Below, one piece after another: positions 1 to 10,129 of a stretch of DNA of 36,990 bases. The translations under genes were made by a program, and so were the position numbers. How positions within the stretch are numbered: the stretch's first letter is position 1; each line of letters starts with the position of its first letter. Below the pieces are notes generated by a model. That model did not search any database. It was not told the DNA's origin and saw only the letters and a list, made by a program, of their open reading frames with translations. This DNA comes from Lama guanicoe (taxonomy: Eukaryota). The DNA lies in assembly GCA_013239625.1 (NCBI GenBank), contig MU053995.1:558001-594990 (forward strand), written 5' to 3'.

Positions 1-3000
1 AAATAGTGCTGCTATGAACATTGGGGTGCAGGTGTCATCCTGAAGTAGATTTCCTTCTGGATACAAGCCCAGGAGTGGGATTCCTGGGTCATATGGTAAG
101 TCTATTCCTAGTCTTTTGAGGAATCTCCACACTGTTTTCCATAGTGGCTGCACCAAACTGCATTCCCACCAGCAGTGTAGGAGGGTTCCCCTTTCTCCAC
201 AGCCTCTCCAGCATTTGTCATTTTTGGATTTTTGAATGACGGCCATTCTGACTGGTGTGAGGTGATACCTCATTGTAGTTTTGATTTGCATTTCTCTGAT
301 AATTAGTGATATTGAACATTTTTTCATGTGCTTTTTGATCATTTGTATGTCTTCCTTGGAGAATTGCTTGTTTAGGTCTTCTGCCCATTTTTGGATTGGG
401 TTGTTTATTTTTTTCTTATTGAGTCGTATGAGCTGCTTATATATTTTGGAGATCAAGCCTTTGTCGGTTTCACTTGCAAAAATTTTCTCCCATTCCGTAG
501 GTTTTCTTCTTGTTTTATTTCTGGTTTCCTTTGCTCTGCAGAAGCTTGTAAGTTTCATTAGGTCCCATTTGTTTATTCTTGCTTTTATTTCTTCTAGGAG
601 AAAATTTTTGAAATGTATGTCAGATAATGTTTTGCCTATGTTTTCCTCTAGGAGGTTTATTGTATCTTGTCTTATGTTTAAGTCTTTAATCCATTTTGAG
701 TTGATTTTTGTATATGGTGTAAGGGTGTGTTCTAGCTTCATTGTTTTACATGCTGCTGTCCAGTTTTCCCAACACCATTTGCTGAAGAGACTGTCTTTAT
801 TCCATTGTATATTCTTGCCTCCTTTGTCGAAGATGAGTTGACCAAAAGTTTGTGGGTTCATTTCTGGGCTCTCTATTCTGTTCCATTGGTCTATATGTCT
901 GTTTTGGTACCAATACCATGCTGTCTTGATGACTGTAGCTCTATAGTATTGTCTGAAGTCTGGGAGAGTTATTCCTCCAGCCTCTTTCTTTCTCTTCAGT
1001 AATGCTTTAGCAATTCTAGGTCTTTGATGGTTCCATATAAATTTTATTATGATTTGTTCTAGTTCTGTGAAATATGTCCTGGGTAATTGGATAGGGATTG
1101 CATTAAATCTGTAGATTGCCTTGGGCAGTGTGACCATTTTAACAATATTGATTCTTCCAATCCAAGAGCATGGAATATCTTTCCATTTTTTAAAGTCTTC
1201 TTTAATTTCCTTCATCAATGGTTTATAGTTTTCTGTGTATAATTCTTTCACCTCCTTGGTTAGATTTATTCCCAGATATTTTATTACTTTGGGTGCTATT
1301 TTAAAGGGGATTGTTTCTTTACTTTCTTTTTCTGTTGATTTATCGTTAGTGTAAAGAAAGGCAACTGATTTTTGAACATTAATTTTGTAACCTGCTACCT
1401 TGCTGAATTCTTCGATCAGCTCTAGTAGCTTTTTTGTGGACCTTTTAGGGTTTTCTATATATAGTAACATGTCGTCAGCATATAATGACACTTTTACCTC
1501 TTCTTTTCCAATTTGGATCCCTTTTATTTCTTTCTCTTGCCTGATTGCTGTGGCTAGGACTTCCAGGACTATATTGAATAGGAGTGGTGATAGTGGGCAT
1601 CCTTGTCTTGTCCCAGATTTTAGTGGGAAGCTTTTGAGTTTTTCACCGTTGAGAACTATGCTGGCTATAGGTTTGTCATATATAGCTTTTATTATGTTGA
1701 GATATGTTCCCTCTATACCCACTTTGGCGAGAGTTTTTATCATAAATGGGTGTTGAATTTTATCAAATGCTTTTTCTGCATCGATTGAGATGATCATGTG
1801 GTTTTTGTCCTTTCTCTTGTTGATGTGATGTATTACATTGATTGATTTGCGTATGTTGAACCAGCCTTGTGTCCCTGGGATGAACCCCACTTGGTCATGA
1901 TGTATAATCTTTTTTATGTGTTGTTGGATTCTATTTGCTAAAATTTTGGTGAGGATTTTGGCGTCTATGTTCATCAGTGATATTGGCCTATAATTCTCTT
2001 TTTTTGTAGTGTCTTTGCCTGGTTTTGGTATCAGGGTGATGGTGGCTTCATAGAATGAGTTTGGGAGTATTCCCTCCTTTTCAATCGTCTGGAAGAGTTT
2101 GAGAAGGACTGGTATGAGTTCTTCTTTGTATGTTTGGTAGAATTCCCCGGTGAAGCCATCCGGTCCTGGACTTTTATTTGTAGGGAGGTTTTTAATTGCT
2201 ATTTCTATTTCCTTTCTAGTGATCGGATTGTTCAAGTGTTCAGTTTCTTCTTGATTCAGTTTTGGTGGACAGTATGTTTCCAGAAACTTGTCCATCTCCT
2301 CTAGGTTATCCAGTTTGGTTCCATATAGTTTTTCATAATATTCTCGTATGATATTCTGTATTTCTATTTTGTTTGTTGTAATTTCTCCATTTTCCTTTCT
2401 TATTTTGCTAATTTGTGCTCTCTCTTTTTTCTTCTTTGTGAGTTTGGCCAGAGGTTTGTCGATTTTATTTACTTTTTCAAAAAACCAGCTTTTGGTTTGG
2501 TTGATTTTTTCTATGGTCTTGTTAATCTCTATTGTATTTAATTCCTCTCTGATCTTTATTATTTCCTTCCTTCTGCTGCTTTTTGGGGCTTTTTGTTCTT
2601 CTTTTTCTAATTGATTCAGGTGGTGGGTTAACTTGTTTATTTGAGATTGTTCTTCTTTTTTGAGGAAGGCCTGTATCGCTATAAACTTCCCTCTTAGCAC
2701 TGCCTTTGCTGTGTCCCATAGGTTTTGAGTGGTTGTGCTTTCATTATCATTTGTCTCAAGGTATTTTTTAATTTCAGCTTTGATTTCCTCATTGATCCAT
2801 TGTTTTTTCAATAACATATTGTTTAATCTCCATGCTTTTCTTTTTTTCTCCTTTGTTTCTCTGTTGTTGATTTCCAGTTTCATGGCATTGTGGTCAGTAA
2901 AGATGCTTGAGATAATTTCTATCTTCTTAAATTTGTTGAGGTTTCTTTTGTGTCCAAGTACATGATCGATCCTGGAAAATGTTCCATGTGCACTTGAAAA

Positions 3001-3576
3001 GAATGTATATTCTATTTTTTGGGGGTGTAATGCTCTGAAAATATCCACCAAATCTAGTTTTTCTATTGTAGTATTTAATTTCTCTGTTGCCTTGTTTATT
3101 TTCTGTCTGGAAGATCTGTCTAGTGATGTTAATGCAGTGTTAAAATCTCCAACTATGATTGTATTCCCATCAATATCCCCCTTTATCTCTGTTAGTAATT
3201 CTTGTATGTACTTAGGTGCTCCTATATTGGGTGCATATATATTAACGAGTGTAATATCTTCATCTTGTATCACTCCTTTAATCATTATAAAATGTCCTTC
3301 TTTATCTTTCTTTATGGCCTTTGTTTTAAAGTCTATTTTGTCTGAAATCAGTACTGCAACACCTGCTTTTTTGGCTTTTCCATTTGCATGGAATATCCTT
3401 TTCCATCCTTTCACTCTCAATCTATATGTGTCCTTCTCCCTAAAGTGGGTCTCTTGTATGCAGCATATTGAAGGTTCTTGCTTTATTATCCAGTCTGCCA
3501 CTCTATGTCTTTTGACTGGAGCATTTAGTCCATTAACATTTACAGTAATTAATGATAGATGTGTGTTTATTGCCAT
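1..3576 (-). CDS. L1 ORF2p (APE endonuclease, reverse transcriptase, CCHC domain); 3'-partial, 1192 open codons
   Basis: ATG at 3576 gives [29 protein letters not shown]...[16 protein letters not shown] (1482-1471), [18 protein letters not shown] and the final PMFIAALF at 24-1 fit this frame (checked directly for the start, YADD and end). The first 72 codons were hand-checked, and no stop-terminated ORF in this frame is listed in the track, so the frame stays open to base 1. Confidence 0.93.
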   Translation of the reverse strand, partial: MAINTHLSLITVNVNGLNAPVKRHRVADWIIKQEPSICCIQETHFREKDTYRLRVKGWKRIFHANGKAKKAGVAVLISDKIDFKTKAIKKDKEGHFIMIKGVIQDEDITLVNIYAPNIGAPKYIQELLTEIKGDIDGNTIIVGDFNTALTSLDRSSRQKINKATEKLNTTIEKLDLVDIFRALHPQKIEYTFFSSAHGTFSRIDHVLGHKRNLNKFKKIEIISSIFTDHNAMKLEINNRETKEKKRKAWRLNNMLLKKQWINEEIKAEIKKYLETNDNESTTTQNLWDTAKAVLRGKFIAIQAFLKKEEQSQINKLTHHLNQLEKEEQKAPKSSRRKEIIKIREELNTIEINKTIEKINQTKSWFFEKVNKIDKPLAKLTKKKKERAQISKIRKENGEITTNKIEIQNIIREYYEKLYGTKLDNLEEMDKFLETYCPPKLNQEETEHLNNPITRKEIEIAIKNLPTNKSPGPDGFTGEFYQTYKEELIPVLLKLFQTIEKEGILPNSFYEATITLIPKPGKDTTKKENYRPISLMNIDAKILTKILANRIQQHIKKIIHHDQVGFIPGTQGWFNIRKSINVIHHINKRKDKNHMIISIDAEKAFDKIQHPFMIKTLAKVGIEGTYLNIIKAIYDKPIASIVLNGEKLKSFPLKSGTRQGCPLSPLLFNIVLEVLATAIRQEKEIKGIQIGKEEVKVSLYADDMLLYIENPKRSTKKLLELIEEFSKVAGYKINVQKSVAFLYTNDKSTEKESKETIPFKIAPKVIKYLGINLTKEVKELYTENYKPLMKEIKEDFKKWKDIPCSWIGRINIVKMVTLPKAIYRFNAIPIQLPRTYFTELEQIIIKFIWNHQRPRIAKALLKRKKEAGGITLPDFRQYYRATVIKTAWYWYQNRHIDQWNRIESPEMNPQTFGQLIFDKGGKNIQWNKDSLFSKWCWENWTAACKTMKLEHTLTPYTKINSKWIKDLNIRQDTINLLEENIGKTLSDIHFKNFLLEEIKARINKWDLMKLTSFCRAKETRNKTRRKPTEWEKIFASETDKGLISKIYKQLIRLNKKKINNPIQKWAEDLNKQFSKEDIQMIKKHMKKCSISLIIREMQIKTTMRYHLTPVRMAVIQKSKNDKCWRGCGERGTLLHCWWECSLVQPLWKTVWRFLKRLGIDLPYDPGIPLLGLYPEGNLLQDDTCTPMFIAALF

Positions 3577-3973
3577 TTTGAACTTATCTTTGCAGTTGAA
3601 TTGGTATATCCTCTTTGTTCCTTTCTTCTTCCTTTTGTGGTTTGGTAATTTTCCTTTGTATTATCATGGATTTTATTTAATTTTTGTGACTCCCTTGTAA
3701 ATTTTTGACTTGTGGTTACCCTTTTTTGTAAATCTATTAACCTATACCCGTTTTTATTAAACTGATAATAACATGATCTCAAACCCATCCTACTGTTAAA
3801 AAAATTTAAAAAAGAAAGAAAAAAAATTCTATATTTCCCTGTCTCCCTCTCCCACTCTCAGTGATTTGTATGTCTTCTTTTATAATTTCGTGTTTTCTTT
3901 ATTTGTAATTCATGAGTTATCACCTTTCCAGTTGTAAGTTTCTCATTTCTGTAGCATCCTGCTGCTTTTCTAT

Positions 3974-4867
3974 TTAGAATAGCCCTTTCAATATTTCTTT
4001 TAGCATGGGTTTAGTGTTGCTAAACTCCTGCAGCTTTTTTTTGTCTGTGAAACTCTCTATTTCTCCTTCTATCCTAAAGGATAGCCTTGCTGGATAAAGT
4101 ATCCTAGGCTGCATCTTTTTTTCATTCAGGGCTTTGAATATATCTTGCCACTCCCTTCTGGCCTGTAGTGTTTGTGTAGAGAAATCAGCTGAGAGCCTTA
4201 TGGGGTTTCCCTTGTAACTCACTCTTTTCTTTTCTCTTACTGCCTTTAGAATCATTTCTTTATCCTTGACTCTGGCCATCTTGATTATGATATGTCTTGG
4301 TGTAGGTCTATTTGTGTTCTTCCTGTTTGGAACCCTCTGAGTTTCCTGTACTTGGATATCTGATTCTTTCTTTTAGTTTCGGAAGTTTTCAGTCATGATT
4401 TCTTCAAAAACCTTTTCAATCCCCTTTGATCTTTCTTCCCCTTCTGGGACCCCTATTATGTGAAGATTGGGATGCTTTATATTATCCCATAGGTCCCTTA
4501 TGCTATTTTCATTATTTTTTATTTGCTTCTCTTGTAGTTCTTCTGAATGGGTGCTTTCTGTTTCCCTGTCTTCTAGATCACTAATTCATTCCTCTGCATT
4601 ATCTAGTTGGCTTTGCACAGCTATTAGATCATTCCTCATCTCAGCCAATGAGTTTACCCGTTCTACCTGGTTCTTCTTTATAGCTTCAATTTCATTTTTG
4701 ACATATTTTATATCTCTAAACACTATCTCTTTTAATTCCTTCAGCAATCTGATCACTCCTTTTTTGAAATCTTGATCTAGTAGGCTATCAATATCTATTT
4801 CATTGATCTTTTTTTCAGGGGATTTCTCTTGTTCTTTTAATTGGGAAAGGTTTCTCTGCTTCTTCAT
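3974..4867 (-). pseudogene. L1 ORF1p (297 codons) with two in-frame nonsense codons
   Basis: MKKQRNLSQLKEQEKSPEK...AEE*ISDLEDR...NLHIIGVPEGEE...ENFRN*KKE...ARREWQDIF...ILYPARLSF. TGA at 4588-4586 and TAA at 4375-4373; no frameshift. Confidence 0.92.
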
Positions 4868-6542
4868 CTTACACATACCTCTCTGGCACTGTGGTTTATG
4901 GAGTATCACTTGTCTATTTGGATCCTAAAGGAGTTTATCTATCTAGTGCCTATTTAGGAATAGAACTTAGGAAAAAAAGAAAAAAATTAGACAGAGAGAG
5001 AAAGAATTTTAAAAGAAGGGAGAAAGAAGGTTTGAAAACAGTGCATAATGAATAACAGAAGTGAGAGTTGAAGCAGAGTATTAATCGGGTTGAGACGTCC
5101 TTTTAAAACCTTTAAAAAAAAACGGGGGGGAAGATGAATAGATGTATTTGAAACCTGTGTCTAATCAATAACAAGACATCAAAACCCAGGAGAAATAGAA
5201 ATGAATCAGGAAGTAAAAATTAAGAGGGTAATAGAAAATAGAACAGGTAAAAACAGATTTAAAAAAAGGGGGGGGTTGTCAGTGTTCTCCTGGAGTCTGT
5301 GTGCTTTAAATGTGAAGTCTTTCTGTCTTCGTCCTGTTTTGGAAGCTCAGCTTGCTGTTTTCAGAGACCCTCCGTTGCGCCCTATTCTGTGCTGCTCCCA
5401 GTGCCTGTCAGCAAACAAATTGCACCTCCTCCCAGCACTGGATCAGGTGCAGCTCTCCTCTGCTGTGGGCGGGCAGGTCATTGCCCATCACGATGCCACA
5501 GTCAGATGTTGCAGACTGGCCAGGTAGAAGGGCGGGTCCTGCCCCCTCCCAGCACCTCTGTCAGGGGCTGTGTTCCTGCCTGAAAGGTGGGGGGCCGCTC
5601 TCCCTCTCCCTGCGCTGGTAGCTCTGCTGCTCTGTGTGGCTGCGCGCTCTGCCCTGGTTGGCGCTCTGCAGGTGGGCTCGGGAAAGACCGAGGGACAGCC
5701 TTGTCCCTGCTTCAGGCCAAAGCTCAGCTCCTTGTTTGTCTTTGTGGAGCAAGTTCTCTGAGGGACCAGGATGGAAGGATCCTATCTGCCTTGGGCTGTA
5801 GGCAAGTCTCAGTCTGGCATTTTAGGCTGCTAAGCCCTTTGGTGCAGATGCAGGTTTTGCCCCCGTCCCCGCCTGGATTCTAAGCTCTGGAGGATATGGC
5901 AGCTGTGCCTGAGCCCCGCCTCTCTTCACTGGAAAACTTTCTGCAGGTTTTCAGAGATGGGGGTATGCACCCTTCCCCCCAGAACACATCAACCTTGCTG
6001 TTTCATGGAGGGCCCAGATTGTTCTGCCCTGTGCACCCACAGCCACGGTGTACAGCACCTTGTAGTCCCCCAGGGCTGCCTCAGTGCAGCCGCCCCCATC
6101 CTCTGCCCAGTTTGGGCAGCCTGGCTCTGCCCGCCGCTGCTGGCCCGCATCTCAGGCTTGGTGTCGGGGGACCCTCTGTGCCCATTTAACTTAGTTCTGC
6201 CAGTCAAGGGCTGCTCCATATAGATCCGAGCCTCGGAGGCTCCTCCTCCTTCCCGGTGGCCTCTCAGTTGGAGAGGGGAGTCCCAGCAAGCGAGCGCCAG
6301 TCCTCCTTTGCTGCTCCCTCCCCATGGGACCCATCCTGCTCTGCTTTGCCTTTTGTTCTTTCTTTTTTCCTTTTCTCCTACCAGATTTTTGGCGTCTTTA
6401 TCTTTTGAAGAGGGTGATGTTATGTCGGAGTTCCGCAGGTGCTCTGGTGGCTGAGTGGGTCTGTAGATGTGGATCTTGGTGTATTTGTGGGAGAGGGTGG
6501 CTTACAGGCGTCCTTCTACTCCGCCATCTTGCCCGGAAGTCC
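4868..6542 (-). promoter_or_regulatory. L1 5'UTR internal promoter with terminal YY1 (CAAGATGGC) and ETS-like (CCGGAAGT) motifs
   Basis: GCCATCTTG at 6523-6531 and CCGGAAGT at 6533-6540. GC/CpG-rich from about 5330 to 6542; pyrimidine-rich on the L1 sense strand from about 4960 to 5290. Confidence 0.8.
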
Positions 6543-6820
6543 TATGAACAAATTCTTAAAAATAAATACACAAGAATCAATGCGACTATGATTTCTTACC
6601 TATCATATGAAATACGTTTTACCTGATAAAAGTCAGTCCCCAGGATATTATAATGTGACTCCAAAAATATAGAATTATTAAATTTGTCTATTTCATTACT
6701 ACTTCTCTCTTTTTAAATTTACACTATAGAGAATTTGAATGCATAAAACTTTTCTGTTCATAAGCTAATTTGGGCCAGTGTGTTAGCAATATTCTTTCAA
6801 GTTTAAAAAATATATTGTTT

Positions 6821-8572
6821 GATTTCCGGTCAAGATGGCAGAGAGGCAGGATCACAAGCTCGCATCTCCTCAAAACTACAATGAAACCACAACTGACTGC
6901 TAAACACCCTTCAAGAAGAAACACTCGACCCTAGCAAAAAAGATCATTCTTCAACTGGAAACATAAAGAGTGAACCACAGCAGGATGGTAAGAGGGGCAT
7001 AATCATGATATAATTGGGCCCCATACCTCACAGGTAGGCAACCCACAAGCTGAAGATTGTTAAGTCACAGAGCCCCTCCCACAGGAGTGAGAGTCTAAGC
7101 CCTACATCAGGCTCCCCAGCTCAGGTTCTGGCATTCGGAAGAGAATGAGACCCCAGGACATCTGGTTTTGAAGGCCAGGTGGGCTTAGCTCAAGGGAACC
7201 ACAGGACTTGGGGAAACAGAGTGTTCATTCTCTTGGGACAAGTACATAGAATCTCATGTGCACCAGGTCCAACGACTCAGGCAGTGATTTCATAGGAAGC
7301 TGGGCCAGGCCTGACTTCTGGTTTTGGAAGGTCTCCTGGGGAGGTAGGGGATGGCTGCAGTTCACCCAGGGGACATAAAAGCTGGTGGCAGACATTCCAG
7401 GAGTGTTCAACAACTACATGAGCTTTCCTGGAGGCTGCCACCTTGATTGGATCATTAGCACCAAGACCCAGCCCCACTCAACAGCCTGTAGGGAAGCCTC
7501 AGGCCAAACAACATGCAGGGTGGGAACACAGCCCCACCCATCAGCAGACTTCCTGAGCCACAAAGGCCTCTAGACACAGCCCTACTCACCAGAGGTCCAG
7601 GACCAAGCTCCACCCAGCAGTGGGCAGGCACTGGCTCCTCCTGCCAGGAAACCTGCATAAGCCTCTAGTCCAGCCTCACCCACCAGGGACAGATACTAGA
7701 AATCAGAAAACAACAATCCCAAAGCCTGTGGAAGGAGTCCACAAACACAGGCCAGAGTCTGCACTGGGACTGGCCGGACCCTGGCCTTTGGGTGACAAGA
7801 GAGGAATGCACTTCTGGGATGCGCAGGACATCTCCCACAGGGGCCACCTCTCCAAGGTCGAGGAACGTAACCAACCTACCTAAAAGTACAAACAGAAAGG
7901 TAGACAATATGNNNNNNNNNNNNNNNNNNNNNNNNNNNNNNNNNNNNNNNNNNNNNNNNNNNNNNNNNNNNNNNNNNNNNNNNNNNNNNNNNNNNNNNNN
8001 NNNNNNNNNNNNNNNNNNNNNNNNNNNNNNNNNNNNNNNNNNNNNNNNNNNNNNNNNNNNNNNNNNNNNNNNNNNNNNNNNNNNNNNNNNNNNNNNNNNN
8101 NNNNNNNNNNNNNNNNNNNNNNNNNNNNNNNNNNNNNNNNNNNNNNNNNNNNNNNNNNNNNNNNNNNNNNNNNNNNNNNNNNNNNNNNNNNNNNNNNNNN
8201 NNTTGCACAATATTCCCTTTACAGGGTCCCCGAAAGAGAAGAGAGAGAGAGAAGGGACCTGAGAAAATTTTTGGAGAGATGACAATGGAAAACTTCCCCA
8301 ACTTGGGAAAGGAAACAGTCACCCAAGTTCTGGAAACGCAGAAAGTACCACACAGTGTCAACCCAAAGAGGAACACACCAAGGCACATAGTAATCACAAT
8401 GACAAAAATTAAGGATAACGGGAAAACATTAAAATTAGCAAGAGAAGAACAACAAATAACATACAAGGGAACTCCCGTAAAGTTATCAGCTAATTTTTCA
8501 GCAGAAACTCTACAGGCCAGAAGGGAGTGGCATGGATATATTTAAAGTGATGAAAGAGGGAAACTTACAACC
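6821..8572 (+). mobile_element. Older L1: 5'UTR plus partial ORF1, 3'-truncated
   Basis: Starts GATTTCCGGTCAAGATGGCAGAG (YY1 motif 6831-6839). Probable ORF1 ATG at 7909, just before the gap. After the gap it reads ENFPNLGKETVTQV...RNTPRHIVI...LSANFSAETLQARREW. Homology stops at about 8572. Confidence 0.9.
7912..8202. other. Assembly gap (291 N)
   Basis: Run of N inside ORF1 of the second L1. Confidence 1.
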
Positions 8573-8850
8573 ACATCTGCTGGTAGACTTATTAAGTAAT
8601 ACACACGTTGGTACAACAAAAATTGGAAAGACATTTTTTAAACATGTATAGCTTTTAGTCAAGTGAAGGGGTTAAGTCATTTAGAAAGTTTAAAAATTAT
8701 TTTACTGTGATATTCTCTGTTCACATTCAAGACAATTTGTTCAGAAATAAGACTGTAGTACAAGACTATAAAATATATTCTCTTTTTAACTTTGGCTTCA
8801 TGCAATTAAGAAGTTGATTTGGGGGACACAATCTAAACTTTACGTCCTGG

Positions 8851-8902
8851 CTTCTAGGTGACCATTAGTCTAATGGTGACTAATATCACCTAGAAGTGAT
8901 AT
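8851..8902. repeat. Cluster of overlapping inverted repeats
   Basis: CTTCTAGGTGA 8851-8861 / TCACCTAGAAG 8886-8896; ACCATTAG 8861-8868 / CTAATGGT 8870-8877; ATTAGTC 8864-8870 / GACTAAT 8878-8884; ATATCAC 8883-8889 / GTGATAT 8896-8902. Confidence 0.9.
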
Positions 8903-10129
8903 ATTCTAAATCTACAGTTTCTGCCTTTCTAACACATGAAATGGAAACAAATTTCAGCAGTATTTCAGCCCAGAAAGTTAATAAGGATATATTTATTTCT
9001 GTTAAACAAATTTAGCTTATTTTTAACTGAGATATAATTGATTTATAAGTTTTTCACATATAAAAATAAGTTATGAATTAAGTATTTCTTAAACTTTTAT
9101 TAAAAGTTTTCATGTTAATTATGTGTGCTTCCTAGTGAAATTCAAAGAAGGATTACAGTCAATTTAATTGTATTATTTGATTTCCTAGTTTTGAAGGGGA
9201 AAACCGGGTGAAGGCTCTCCAGGAGCTGAGGTTTTTTTTTTTTTTCAATTACTTATATGTTTAAAATTACTTCAAAATTAAAAATTCAGTATGTACTTCA
9301 TGAAATATATTTCTACGTAAAACTTTATCTGTCCTATTGTGTTGTAATTCATTATCCTTAAATATTTTCAGATGATAAATTTTAAAATTTCCAATTATTA
9401 ATACCATTTTGGTGCTTTCAAAGAGCCAAAGAAACGCACTTAAAATTTTATGTGGTATAACTTTTTTATTTTCCATCAAAGCAAATAAATATACTCAAAT
9501 ATTTCAGTTTAAAACTGTCTTGTATTCTTGAAATAGTCTTTTATTCACTATTTCTTTTCTGAAATTTCTTTAATGGAGGTAAGTGGTGTCACTTCTATTT
9601 CCTCATATTCTCCTAGAGTTAACACAAACTATCTTTGAGGGAAAGACTTACATTCTAAATTTTCTCTATATAGATAAAATAAGCAAAGTTAAAAAGTAAA
9701 TAAAATGTGTCCGGAGTAATTATGAGTTAAATAAATATGTATTAATTAATATCGGCATTTATTTTCAATATTATAATTGTAGATTAATCCTATCTCAGTC
9801 GCTTTGCAGTAAAAAGTGGACTGTAACTCTCAACATCCACAAGCACTTGCTCAGTTATTTGATGACTACGGTTGTTCAATCAGGATATTATTATTTTTTA
9901 AAGGACATTTGTTTTAAGATTATTTTAACACAATGAAATACATTTTACTAATTCTTATATATTAAGTTAAAGTATTATCATTATAAACATACAATATGTT
10001 ATGTCAATTTTACTTCTAAAGTATATTTTCTCTCAGTGTATACTCAACTTCTGCCTGTAATTGTCTAATAGCTTCTAACCAAAACAAGATTAAATTTCAA
10101 TTTCAATAATTTTGTTAAAAATAGCTCTG

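Larger units (their letters stand above)
1..6542 (-). mobile_element. Young 5'-complete LINE-1 (3' end lies outside the window)
   Basis: Minus strand reads GGACTTCCGGGCAAGATGGCGG (5' end), then a ~1.67 kb 5'UTR, ORF1 (4867-3974), a 397-nt spacer and ORF2 (3576 to <1). The flank 6543-6561 TATGAACAAATTCTT/AAAA resembles an L1 endonuclease site plus one TSD copy. Confidence 0.97.

Noticed and set aside
3753..3903. AATAAA signals in the L1 spacer that could give an ORF1-only mRNA
   Set aside because: Such hexamers are frequent in A-rich L1 and premature polyadenylation is already known; nothing specific here.
281..4775. Many F/L/S/I-rich + strand ORFs (e.g. 281-841, 3092-3700) that look like membrane proteins
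   Set aside because: They are antisense shadows of A-rich L1 ORF1/ORF2; the same applies to similar ORFs over the other L1 fragments.
7665..8466. Long ORFs containing X runs
   Set aside because: Artefacts of translating through the N gap.
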